From positions 55,430,001 through 55,494,000 of the forward strand of contig CM059438.1 of assembly GCA_030390025.1 (NCBI GenBank): a stretch of 64,000 nucleotides of DNA. Direction: 5' to 3'. Position numbers and translations under genes: made by a program. This document shows positions 50,575-62,444 of the stretch, piece by piece. The notes beneath the pieces are model-generated. The model was not told the origin of the DNA. It made no database searches and was given only the letters and a program-made list of their open reading frames with translations. Numbering within the stretch: position 1 is the first letter of the stretch; each line of letters begins with the position of its first letter. The DNA comes from Squalus acanthias. Its lineage: Eukaryota.

Positions 50575-53500
50575 AAGAGCGGGGCAGTGGGTTCAGTTTG
50601 GGTTTGATTCAGGGCTATGGGGAGAGTGGGGCAGTGGGTTCAGTTTGGGTTTGATTCAGGGCTATGGGGAGAGTGGGGCAGTGGGTTCAGTTTGGGTTTG
50701 ATTCAGGGCTATGGGGAGAGTGGGGCAGTGGGTTCAGTTTGGGTTTGATCCAGGGCTATGGGAAGAGTGGGGCAGTGGGTTCAGTTTGGGTTTGATTCAG
50801 GGCTATGGGGAGAGTGGGGCAGTGGGTTCAGTTTGGGATTGAGGCAGAGATTCGGGGAGAGTGGGAATAGTTTGCGATTGATACAGGGCTATGCGGAGAG
50901 AGCGGGGCAGCGGGATTAGTTTGTGATTGTTACAGGGCTATGCGGAGAGAGCAGGGCAGTGGGATTAGTTTGTGATTGTTACAGGGCTATGGGGAGAGAG
51001 CGGGGCAGTGGGATGAGTTTGGAATTGATGCGGGGCAATGGGGAGAGCAGGGCAGTGGGATTAGTTTGGGATTGATACATGGCTATGGGGAGAGAGCAGT
51101 GCAGTGGGTTTAGTTTGGGATTGATACAGGGCTAAGGGGAGAGCGCGGAGCAGTGGGGTTAGTTTGGGATTGATACAGGATTATGGAGAGAACGGCAAGT
51201 GGGATTAGTTTGGTATTGATGCAGGGCAATGGAATTAGTTCGAGGATTGATACAGGGCTATGGGGAAGAGAGTGGGGCAGTGGGATTAATACAGGACTGT
51301 GGGGAGAGAGCGGGGCATTGGGATTAGTTTAAGATGGATACAGGGTTATGGGGCTAGAGTGGGGCAGTGGGATTAGTTTGGGATTGACAGGGCTATGGGG
51401 AGAGCGGAGCAGTGGGATTGATACAGGGCAATTGGAGAGAGAGCGGGGCAGTGGGATTAGTTTGGGATTGACAGGGCTATAGGGAGAGCGGAGCAGTGGG
51501 ATTGATACAGGGCAATTGGAGAAAGAGCGGGGCAGTGGGATTAGTTTGGGATTGATACAGGTCAATGGGGAGAGCGGGGCAGTGGGATTAGTTTGGGATT
51601 GATATAGGGCTATGGGGAGAGAGCAGGGCAATGGGATTAGTTTGGGATTGATACAGGGCAATGGGGAGAGCGGGGCAGTGGGATTAGTTTGGGATTGATA
51701 TAGGGCTATGGGGAGAGAGCAGGGCAGTGGGATTAGTTTGGGATTGATACAGGGCTATGGGGAGAGCGGGGCAGTGGGATTAGTGTGGGATTGATACAGG
51801 GCTATGGGGAGAGCGGGGCAGTGGGATTAGTGTGGGATTGATACAGGGCTTTGGGGAGAGCGGGGCAGTGGGATTAGTGTGGGATTGATACAGGGCTATG
51901 GGGAGAGAGCGGGGCAGTGGGATTAGTGTGGGATTGATACAGGGCTATTGGGAGAGAGCGGGGCAGTGGGATTGATACAGGGCTATGGGGAGAGCGGGGC
52001 AGTGGGATTAGTGTGGGATTGATACAGGGCTATGGGGAGAGCGCGGGGCAGTGGGATTAGTGTGGGATTGATACAGGGCTATGGGGAGAGAGCGGGGCAG
52101 TGGTATTAGTGTGGGATTGATACAGGGCTATGGGGAGAGCGGGGCAGTGGGATTAGTGTGGGATTGATACAGGGCTGTGGGGAGAGCGGGGCAGTGGGAT
52201 TAGTTTGGGATTGATACAGGGCTATGGGAAGAGGGGGGCAGTGGGATTAGTTTGGGATTGATACAGGGCTATGGGGAGAGCGGGGCAGTGGCATTAGTGT
52301 GGGATTGATACAGGGCTATGGGGAGAGCGGGGCAGTGGGATTAGTGTGGGGTTGATACAGGGCTATGGGGAGAGCACGGCAGTGGGATTAGTGTGGGATT
52401 GATACAGGGCTATGGGGAGAGAGCGGGGCAGTGGGATTAGTGTGGGATTGATACAGGGCTATGGGGAGAGCACGGCAGTGGGATTAGTTTGGGATTGATA
52501 CAGGGCTATGGGGAGAGAGTGAGGCAGTGGAATTCGTGTGGGATTGATACAGGGCTATGGGGAGAGCGGGGCAGTGGGATTAGTTTGGGATTGATACAGG
52601 GCTATGGGGAGAGCGGGGCAGTGGAATAGTTTGGGATTGATACAGGGCTATGGGGAGAGAGCGGGGCAGTGGGATTAGTTTGGGATTGATACAGGGCTAT
52701 GGGGAGAGAGCGGGGCAGTGGGATTAGTTTGGGATTGATACAGGGCTATGGGGAGAGAGCGGGGCAGTGGGATTAGTTTGGGATTGATACAAGGCTATGG
52801 GGAGAGAGCGGGGCAGTGGGATTAGTGTGGGATTGATACAGGGCAATGGGGAGAGAGTGAGGCAGTGGAATTCGTGTGGGATTGATACAGGGCTATGGGG
52901 AGAGCGGGGCAGTGGGATTAGTTTGGGATTGATACAGGGCTATGGGGAGAGAGCGGGACAGTGGGATTAGTGTGGGATTGATACAGGGCTATGGGGAGAG
53001 AGCGGGGCAGTGGGATTAGTGTGGGATTGATACAGGGCTATGGGGAGAGAGCAGGGCAGTGGGATTAGTGTGGGATTGATACAGGGCTATGGGAAGAGGG
53101 GGGCAGTGGATTAGTGTGGGATTGATACAGGGCAATGGGGAGAGAGCAGGACAGTGGGATTGATACAGGGCTATGGGGAGAGCGGGGCAGTGGGATTAGT
53201 GTGGGATTGATACAGGGCTATGGGGAGAGCGGGGCAGTGGGATTAGTTTGGGATTGATACAGGGCTATGGGGAGAGCAGGGCAGTGGGATTAGTGTGGGA
53301 TTGATACAGGGCTATGGGGAGAGAGCGGGGCAGTGGGATTAGTGTGGGATTGATACAGGGCAATGGGGAGAGAGCAGGACAGTGGGATTGATACAGGGCT
53401 ATGGGGAGAGCGGGGCAGTGGGATTAGTGTGGGATTGATACAGGGCTATGGGGAGAGCGGGGCAGTGGGATTAGTGTGGGATTGATACAGGGCTATGGGG

Positions 53501-54135
53501 AGAGCGGGGCAGTGGGATTAGTGTGGGATTGATACAGGGCTATGGGGAGAGCGGGGCAGTGGGATTAGTGTGGGATTGATACAGGGCTATGGGGAGAGCG
53601 GGGCAGTGGGATTAGTTTGGGATTGATACAGGGCTATGGGGAGAGAGCAGGGCAGTGGGATTAGTGTGGGATTGATACAGGGCAATGGGGAGAGAGCGGG
53701 GCAGTGGGATTAGTTTAGGATTGAAACAGGGCTATGGGGAGAGAGCGGGGCAGTGGGATTAGTGTGGGATTGATACAGGGCAATGGGGAGAGAGCGGGGC
53801 AGTGGGATTAGTTTGGGATTGATACAGGGCTATGGGGAGAGCGGGGCAGTGGGATTAGTTTGGGATTGATACAGGGCTATGGGGAGAGCGGGGCAGTGGG
53901 ATTAGTTTGGGATTGATACAGGGCTATGGGGAGAGCGGGGCAGTGGGATTAGTGTGGGATTGATACAGGGCAATGGGGAGAGAGCAGGGCAGTGGGATTA
54001 GTGTGGGATTGATACAGGGCTATGGGGAGAGCGGGGCAGTGGGATTAGTGTGGGATTGATACAGGGCAATGGGGAGAGAGCGGGGCAGTGGGATTGATAC
54101 AGGGCTATGGGAAGAGGGGGGCAGTGGGATTAGTT
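50575..54135. repeat. 47/49-bp minisatellite (GGGATTGATACAGGGCTATGGGGAGAG(AG)CGGGGCAGTGGGATTAGTTT), ~3.5 kb, in VPS26A intron 1
   Basis: Seen directly. Confidence 0.97.
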
Positions 54136-54139
54136 CAGT

Positions 54140-54545
54140 CTCCGATGGGCCGCACAGGGAGCGGGGTAACAGGGCCCCGGCCCTCACGGACACTCCTGCT
54201 GCCCGTGCCTCCAGGATGGTCGGGACACCCGGGTGCCGGTGAGGGTGAGGGCGGCACGGAGAGCAGGCCGCATCCGGGGAGCGAGCTCCGGGGCCCAGTC
54301 GGTGCGGAGCAGGGTCCAGGCGGGAGAGTGGGGCCCGGTCCCCTCACTCACACTGTCTGTGTCCCGGGCACGGCCTGCCCCGCGGCCTGTCGCTGTCTCT
54401 CCCCGGGCTGGGTCTCTCTCTCCCCGGGTACCTCTATCTCTCTCACTCACCATCTCCGCCGCTCTCCCCGCGCCGCCTATCACTCACGTGACCCGCTTAA
54501 AGAGACAGCGGACCGTCACATGACCCGCGCTTAAAGCGGCAGGAA
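54140..54545 (-). promoter_or_regulatory. VPS26A CpG island/promoter with two E-box/CLEAR-like motifs (TCACGTGAC 54484-54492; GTCACATGAC 54515-54524)
   Basis: CpG-dense segment around exon 1. Motifs read directly. Confidence 0.7.
54451..54453 (-). CDS. VPS26A: VPS26A coding exon 1 (initiator ATG only)
   Basis: GCGGAGATG|gtgagt within a CpG island. Exon 2 begins in phase 0 at Ser2. The joined CDS is 981 nt (326 aa). Confidence 0.85.
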
Positions 54546-54589
54546 CATCTCCCAGATTGCTCCGTGTGTGATGGTGTATTTACACTCCG

Positions 54590-55581
54590 GCCCTTGACCG
54601 TGTCTGGTCTATTTCCCGCACTTCTGCCCTCACCCCGGCCCCTCCCTCCCGGAACCACGATAGGGTTCCCCTTGTCCTCACCTTTCACCCCACCAGCCTC
54701 CACATTCAACGGATCATCCTCCGCCACCTCCAGCGTGATCCCACCACCAATCGCATCTTCCCCTCACCTCCCCTTTCAGCATTCCGCAGGGACCGCTCCC
54801 TCCGCGACACCCTAGTCCACTCCTCTACCACCCCCAGTTCCCCTTTGCCCGGCACCTTCCCGTGCAAGCGCAGGAGATGCTACACATGCCCTTATACCTC
54901 CCCCCTTCCCACTGTCCAGGGCCCCAAACACCCCTTCCAGGTGAAACAGCGATTTACTTGTACTTCCTGCAATTTAGTATACTGTATTCGCTGCTCACAA
55001 TGTGCTCTCCTCGACATTGGGGAGACCAAACGCAGATTGGGTGACCGCTTTGCGGAACACCTCCATTCAGTCCATAAGGGGGACCCCGAGCGCCCGGTGG
55101 CCTGTCACTTTAATTCACCACTCCATTCCCACTCAGACCTCACCGTCCTCAGCCTCTTGCTTTGTTCCACAGAAGCTCAGCGTAAGCTCGAGGAACAGCA
55201 CCTCATCTTTCGATTAGGCACTCTACAGCCCTCTGGACTCAACATAGAGTTCAACAATTTCAGATCATAACCCCGGCCCCCATCACATATATATATATAT
55301 ATATTTTTTTTTATCCACACTTTTGTTTGGCCTTCTTTTCTTCCCTCCCACATGGCAGCTGTCCTTCATTCTGCCAGCGCAATTCACACTTCATCTAGAG
55401 CCATCCTTTGTTCCTCAACCTGTCCCATTTCCACCTCCTCTTGCCTTGAATATCTCTTAATGTCTCTCAATGTCTCTTAATCTCTCCTGCTTTCTATCCT
55501 ATCACTGACCTTTCCTTTTGATCTTTCATCCCCTCCCCCTTTTCCCAGCCCTAAACTTGCTTTAAAATCTATTTCATTTCC
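54590..55581 (+). mobile_element. Penelope-like retroelement 3' fragment encoding a GIY-YIG endonuclease (54845-55270)
   Basis: CKRRRCYTC linker, NLVYCIRCSQCALLDIGETKRRLGDRFAEH (degenerate GIY-YIG), HFN...LEEQHLIFRLGTLQPSGLN. Confidence 0.9.
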
Positions 55582-58462
55582 TGCAAGGAGCATTCGGAAC
55601 AAGGTGGATGAATTAGCTGCGCAAATAGAGGTAAATGAATACGATTTGATTGGGATTACAGAAACATGGCTCCAGGGTGGCCAAGGCTGGGAACTCAACA
55701 TCCAGGGTTATTCAATATTTAGGAAAGATAGGCAAAAAAGAAAGGGAGGTGGGGTAGCATTGCTGGTTAAAGAGGGGATTAACACAATTGAAAGGAAGGA
55801 TATTAGCTCTGATGATGCAGAATCTGTATGGGTAGAACTGAGAAATAACAAGGGGCAGAAAACGTTAGTGGGAGTGGTATATAGACCTCCAAACAGTAAT
55901 AAGGAGGTTGGGGACGGCATTAAAAGGGAAATTAGAGAAGCATGCAGTAAGGGCACAGCAGTCATCATGGGTGACTTTAATTTACATATAGATTGGGCTA
56001 ACCAAATTAGTAAAAATACCTTGGAGGAGGAATTCCTAGAATGTTTACGGGATAGTTTTCTGGAACAATATGTCGAGGAACCAAACAGAGATCAGGCCAT
56101 CTTAGACTGGGTATTATGTAACGAGAAAGGATTAATTAGCAATCTTGTTGTACGAGGCCCCTTGGGTCAGAGTGATCATAATATGATAGAATTCTTCATT
56201 AGGATGGAGAGTGAAGTAGTTGAATCAGAGACTAGGGTCCTGAATTTAAATAAAGGAAACTACGATGGTATGAGGCGCGAATTGGGTAGGATTGATTGGG
56301 GAATGTCACTCAAAGGGTTGATGGTGGATAGGCAATGGCAAACATTCAAAGACTGCATGGATGAACTACAGAATTTGTTCATCCCAGTGTGGCATAAGAA
56401 TAAAACAAAAAGGGTGACTCAACCGTGGCTAACAAGGGAAATTAGGGATAGCATAAGATCCAAGGAGAGGGCATATAAATTGGCCAGAAAAAGCAGTAAC
56501 CCTGAGGATTGGGAGCAGTTTAGGATTCAACAAAGGAGGACAAAGGGATTAATTAAGAAGGGGAAAATAGAATATGAAAGTAAGCTTGCAGGGAACATAA
56601 AAACTGACTGTAAGAGCTTTTATAGATATGTGAAGAGAAAAAGATTAGTGAAATCAAGTGTAGGTCCCTTGCAGTCAGAAGCGGGGGAAGTTATAATGGG
56701 GAACAAAGAAATGGCCAACCAATTAAATGCATATTTTGGTTCTGTCTTCACAAAGGAGGACACAAATAACCTCCCAGAGATGTTGGAGAACATAGGGTCT
56801 GATGAAAGGGAGGAACTGAAAGAAATCAGTATTTGCAGGGAAATGGTGTTAGGGAAATTGATGGGATTGAAGGCCGATAAATCCCCAGGGCCTGATAATC
56901 TACATCCTAGGGTACTTAAGGAAGTGGCCCTAGAAATAGTAGATGCATTGCTGATCATCTTCCAACATTCGATGGAATCTGGAACTGTACCCATGGATTG
57001 GAGGGTAGCTAATGTTACCCCACTATTCAAAAAGGGTGGTAGAGAGAAAGCGGGGAATTACAGACCGGTAAGCCTGACATCGGTAGTGGGGAAAATGCTG
57101 GAGTCCATTATAAAGGATGTAATAGCTGAGCACTTGAAAAACAGTGACAGGATCGGACAAAGTCAACATGGATTTACAAAATGTAAATCGTGCTTGACTA
57201 ATCTACTGGAATTTTTTGAGGATGTAACTGGGAAAATAGATAAGGGAGAACCAGTAGATGCGGTGTATTTGGACTTTCAAAAGGCTTTCGATAAGGTCCC
57301 ACATAAGAGAATTAGCGTGTAAAGTTAAGGCACATGGGATTGGGGGCAAGGTATTGACTTGGATAGAGAACTGGTTGGCGGACAGAAAGCAGAGAGTAGG
57401 AATTAATGGGTCTTTTTCCGAGTGGCAGGCAGTGACTAGTGGGGTACCGCAGGGTTCGGTCCTTGGACCCCAGCTATTCACAATATACATTAATGATCTA
57501 GATAAGGGAACTAAGTGTAATATCTCCAAGTTTGCAGATGACACAAAGCTGGGTGGGCGTGTGTGCTCCGAGGAGGATACTGAGAAACTCCAGGATGATT
57601 TGGCCAGGTTGAGTGAGTGGGCAGAAGCGTGGCAGCTGGAATATAACGTGGATAAATGTGAGGTTATCCACTTTGGTGTCAAAAACAGAAAGGCAGACTA
57701 TTATCTGAATGGCAATAGATTGGGAGAAGGGGAAGTGCAACGAGACCTGGGTGTCCTTGTGCACCAGTCGCTGAAGGTAAGCATGCAGGTGCAGCAGGCG
57801 GTGAAGAAGGCAAATGGTATGTTGGCCTTCATAGCGAAAGGGTTTGAGTATAGGAACAGGGATGTCCTGCTGCAGTTGTACAGGGCCTTGGTGAGACCAC
57901 ACCTTGAGTACTGTGTGCAGTTTTGGTCGCCTTATCTGAGGAAGGATGTTCTTGCCATGGAAGGAGTTCAGCGAAGATTCACAAGGCTGATACCTGGGAT
58001 GGCAGGAATGACATATGAGGAGAGATTGGGTCGATTGGGCTTATACTTGCTGGAGTATAGAAGAATGAGAGGGGATCTCATCGAAACATATAAAATTCTG
58101 ACAGGTCTGGACAAACTAGATGCAGGAAGAATGTTCCTGATGGTCGGAGAGTCCAGAACCAGGGGTCATAATCTAAGGATAAGGGGTAAGCCATTTAGGA
58201 CAGAAATGAGGAAGAATTTCTTCACCCAGAGAGTGGTGAACCTGTGGAATTCTCTACCACAGAAGGTAGTTGAGGGCAAGTCATTAAATATATTCAAGAA
58301 GGAGTTAGATATATTTCTTAAAGCAAAAGGTATCAAGGGATATGGGGAGAAGGCAGGTACAGGGTACTGAGTTTGGATGATCAGCCATGATCTCATCGAA
58401 TGTAGGAGCAGGTTCGAGGGGCCGAATGGCCTACTCCTGCACCTATCTTCTATGTTTCTATG
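55582..58462 (+). mobile_element. Young CR1 LINE with essentially complete ORF2 (APE endonuclease and RT), one frameshift at ~57310, and 3' UTR with TTCTATGT tail
   Basis: ORFs 55604-57322 and 57258-58370 join into EN (GITETWL, MGDFN, SDHN) and RT ([30 protein letters not shown]). Confidence 0.96.
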
Positions 58463-58721
58463 CTGTATATATCTAGAGAAGAAAAAAGGAAGAGTGGCTA
58501 AAATGACTTGCTAAGTCGCTGACCTAACACGTCACTTTAAGCAGAAAGAGTGATGGAGGATTGCATGATCCGGTTCACAGACAATACATTGCAACATACA
58601 AGAAGAAAAGGAGAAGTAGAATTCCATGATGCATGCTCGGTTGCTGACTGCACTCCTGCTCCTCCATCTCTGACGTCCATTGTGGCCTCCACTTCCAGGA
58701 TCTGTATGATAATTATCTGTC

Positions 58722-58857
58722 AGCTGTGGCTTAGTGGGTAGCACCCTCACCTCTGAGTCAGAAGGTTATGGATTCAAGTCCTACTCCAGAGACTTGAGCA
58801 TAAAATCTAGGCTGACACTCCAGCACAGTACTGAGGGAGTGCTGCACTGTCGGAGAT
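58722..58857 (+). mobile_element. 5' part (tRNA-like head) of a DeuSINE-like SINE split by a DNA transposon
   Basis: Colinear with the head of the SINE at 28267-28720, up to gctgcactgtcggagat. Confidence 0.8.
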
Positions 58858-58858
58858 A

Positions 58859-61646
58859 GGGGGGACTAAATTGGATAGCCCCCGAGAACAGGTGTGGGGA
58901 TCGTGGTGCACGATTACTCCACACCCATTCACTGTAATGAGGATGGCGTGCTGCCTGCTCATTATAATGATTGCTGCGTGCAGCCAGCACTAACTGCTCT
59001 GTTCATTGGCTGCACGCGTCAGCAGGGGGCCCAAAATCATTACTTAAAGCTAGCCTGCACTACTTAAAGCTAGCCTGCACCTCTTAAAGGGAAGGTGCAC
59101 TGTGGCTGCTGGAGCTGCTGAGATCATTCGGAATAGAGTTGGGCTACAAAGACCATGGGAGAGAGAGTACCAAGGTTTTTGGACACTGCACTGGAGGTCT
59201 TGGTGGAGGAGATGGAAAGGAGGAGAGATGTCCTGTATCCTCAGGGGGGGCAGGAGGCCCTCCAGACACACAGAGAGAAGGCAGTGAGAACAGATAGCCG
59301 CGGAGGTAAATGCCAGGAGTTTAGCCCCAAGGACCTGGATGCAGTGCTGCAAGAAGTTCAATGACCTCACACGAGTGGTCAAGGCCAGTAAATGTATCTG
59401 CAAAAGCCATCTCCTACTAACTGCACCACTAGCCTCAGCCACTGCTCAATGCACCACACCCCCATCACTCAGCTACCAACAATCTCTATCAATCACAACT
59501 CAAACCTCACATACATATGCTTCACCTCACCCTCACACACTTAGCACTGTTGCAATCCTCACACCCACAGCTTGCACACACTGCCAGCTATTCAACCATG
59601 ACAGCCACATCACCCAAACAGATTGCACGACACACACTGACACACTTTCCTCTCTCTTGCGGGAGAACTGGAGGCAGCAGGAACTAACTGGAGGGGGAGA
59701 GGCGTGCCTACACGCTCTAACCCCCATGGAGGAGACGGTGGTGGCCATTATCAGAAAGGCCATTGCTGAGGCCGTGGCCAGCGGCGGGGCTGAAACTATC
59801 GACGATGACGGTATCTTCATCCTTAATCCTCCTTCTCACATCCCACTTCCCCCTCATCCCACAGTCTCTTCTGACTTATAAGCTGCAGATGGTGTAAGCA
59901 GCACCTCTTACTTTCCTCTCTCCCCTCACAGCAACCCGACCCTTGTGCCTTTTACCTTTCAGATACCCAAGAACTGCAACCTGCCCAGGCAGTGGAGGAA
60001 GAGCAGAAGACAGTGATGATGAAGATACACCATCACTCGATTTCATACTCGCAGGCACCAGCTCCGACACTGACTCTGCGCGTATCTTAGAGGATTGCAT
60101 AGAGGCAGATCTGCATGTGGTGAGACACCGGGCACAAATGCGCTGCAGCCAGGATAGTACAGGTGCCAGCTCGCTGGAGGGTGAGGTCGCACATGAGTTC
60201 TGCTGCAGATGACTCAGATGAGGACTTCGATGAGCCAGGCTACAGAAGAAGGCTGACGGGTCTACGCAACGAAATGGTGCATTGGGAAGCCTGCCAGCAA
60301 GCCTGTGCTCATTGTTAAGGAGAATGGAGGAGTCCGGCACCAACTTGGCACAGGGCTTTGCGCAGAGCTTGGAGCCCATCCTTTCCAGCATGGAACTGGT
60401 GGCCAACTCCATTAACACACTTGTGGACCCAACCATGATGCAGCGTCTGACGGCCGATGCACAAACAGCTTTCACCAAAAGTCTGAGTGATGCAGTGGAA
60501 GCCAACCAGTTAGTTACCTGTTGCCTGTTAGCCAGCCAGCCCAGACTGCTGCCGCCCATGCCGAGGTGGTGCAGTCTGAAGCAGGGCCTTCTAGGCCCAG
60601 AGCTGCTTGAGGTCATCCTGCAAGGCCATCAGCAGTCTCCCCCATTGAAAGACAGCAGCCTTTCACCAGCCATACTGCAGCCAATGGGGTAGCACTGCGT
60701 AGGAGCACTAGAACAAGCAAAGGCAAATGCACAAGGGTGATTAGTTTAAGTTTGTATGCAATTTGTCATGATTTAATTTATAATTTGGTTTGGAATGTTT
60801 ATTTTGTGTTGGCTTTTATTTTTGCTTTGTGGCCAAGAGGGCGATGTGATGGTCAGTGACAGAGGGAAGGTGAGGAGTGTGGGACTGTTGGTGAATGAGG
60901 AATTGGGGTTGAGGTTACTGGTATCGCACTTGAATTAGTTGTTCACGTACAGCCCGGGCAGAAAGGGACTGTCTAGGTTGCAGCCTCCCTTCCTCTTCCC
61001 CTCTTCCACCTCCTCCTCTTCCTCCTCCCACTCCTCCTCCTCCCTCTTCTAGCAGCTTGTCCTGCTCTGCGTGGCTTCTGCTCATTCCCCCAGTCACGCT
61101 CGATTCCAAGAGGGAGGCCGACTAGTCCACCCATGTCTGGGAGAAACTGGTTTGTGCAGGAGCTTTGATGTCAGTAAAAAGTATTTGAGCAGCTGCCACA
61201 CCCTCCCTGTAGACTGTCGAAACTTCAAACAACTCTGGAAAGCACCAAAAATGTGTAGAATTGTAGCAACAGCCAGAAGAAATAAACCAGCAACTAATCT
61301 GTAGATAGTTGATGATCCCTTTAAATATGGCTGGTGGGGGGTCCTTCCTGCTGCTTAATGCATGTTCAGCTGTGGGAGATTAAGAGAGGGTGAGGGCCGG
61401 AGTGTGGCGCTCCAAAATGCCAGCGCTGGCATCAAATCAATGTTGCACACTGATTGACGTCATGATCTGCCTGCTCTGCACACTGCCGGCGGACATTAGG
61501 TGCGCGCGTGCTAACCCCTTTACCAAGATGGCGACCAGCGCGATTCGCATTAGAAGTGTGTGCGCGTGCCGCGGACGCCATTTTGAAAACCCTAAGGGCA
61601 CTCACAGCGCCCCAAAAAAAGGCGCTACTGAGCCCAATTTCGCCCC
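58859..61646 (+). mobile_element. PIF/Harbinger-like DNA transposon derivative with a decayed Myb/SANT-like gene (~59155-60700, +) and a probable transposase remnant (-)
   Basis: Imperfect TIRs GGGGGGACTAAATTGG / CCAATTTCGCCCC. Peptides RVPRFLDTALEVLVEEMERRRDVLYP and QCCKKFNDL. Convergent remnant RAVREQLIQVRY. Boundaries are set by the split SINE. Confidence 0.75.
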
Positions 61647-61970
61647 GCTGTCTTTCGGATGAGACGTTAAACCGAGGCTCCGTCTGCCCTCTCGGGCGGA
61701 TGTAAAAGATCCCATGGCACTATTTGAAGAAGAGCAGGGCAGTGCTCCCCAGTGTCCTGGCCAATATTTATCCCTCAATCAACATAACTAAAACAGATTA
61801 TCTGCTCATTATCACATTGCTGTTTGTGGGAGCTTGCTGTGCGCAAATTGGCTGCCGCGTTTCCTACATTACAACAGTGACTCCACTTCAAAACGTACTT
61901 CATTGACTTTATAGCATTTGGGACGTCTTGAGGTCATGAAAGGCGCTATAGAAATGCAAGTTCTTTCTTT
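61647..61970 (+). mobile_element. 3' part (Deu-like body and L2-like tail) of the split SINE
   Basis: Resumes at gctgtctttcggatgaga and is colinear with the 28267-28590 copy. Confidence 0.82.
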
Positions 61971-62444
61971 CACTGTCAGACAATTCACCATCTGAAGTTT
62001 GAAGTTAGCTGTTGGTGTAATGAAGAGCTCATTCACAATGTATCGTGTATTTAGGAGAGTGAAAGGTAATTGGAAGCTGTGAGCGGAATCAAGTAATGAC
62101 CTTGAATGGGTCACATTGTACAAGGAAAGGTTTGGGCTGAGAGTTGTGCATGACTCAGTCTGTTCTCACACACACCTTTAACCCAACAGAGCCGGTTCGC
62201 AGCACAGGTAGGCTGCAGGGAGTGGACGCAGATGTTGTTGTTCATCGTGATAGTTACAGTGCAGCTGCATCAATCCCACCAACTCCAGTGGCAGTACGGA
62301 GGGAGCACTGAGCCTGGGGCCGATGGGTATTGAGCATACAAGCGACATGACATTGGAAGCAGGTCCTGCAAGGACCTCAGCATCACTGAGACAAGTGCCA
62401 CCTCAGTCCTTGAGGGCTCCCTTGGTACAGTGCCAGCCACCAAC

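Noticed and set aside
19890..54453. Assignment as VPS26B
   Set aside because: The C-terminus, the 9-exon structure with an ATG-only first coding exon, and adjacency to SUPV3L1 all fit VPS26A.
58722..58800. tRNA gene
   Set aside because: The A/B-box-like sequence continues into a SINE body and no complete cloverleaf is evident.
59155..60692. A domesticated Myb/SANT host gene (NAIF1/MSANTD-like)
   Set aside because: It is frameshifted within the domain and enclosed by TIRs inside a split SINE, so it is best read as transposon cargo.
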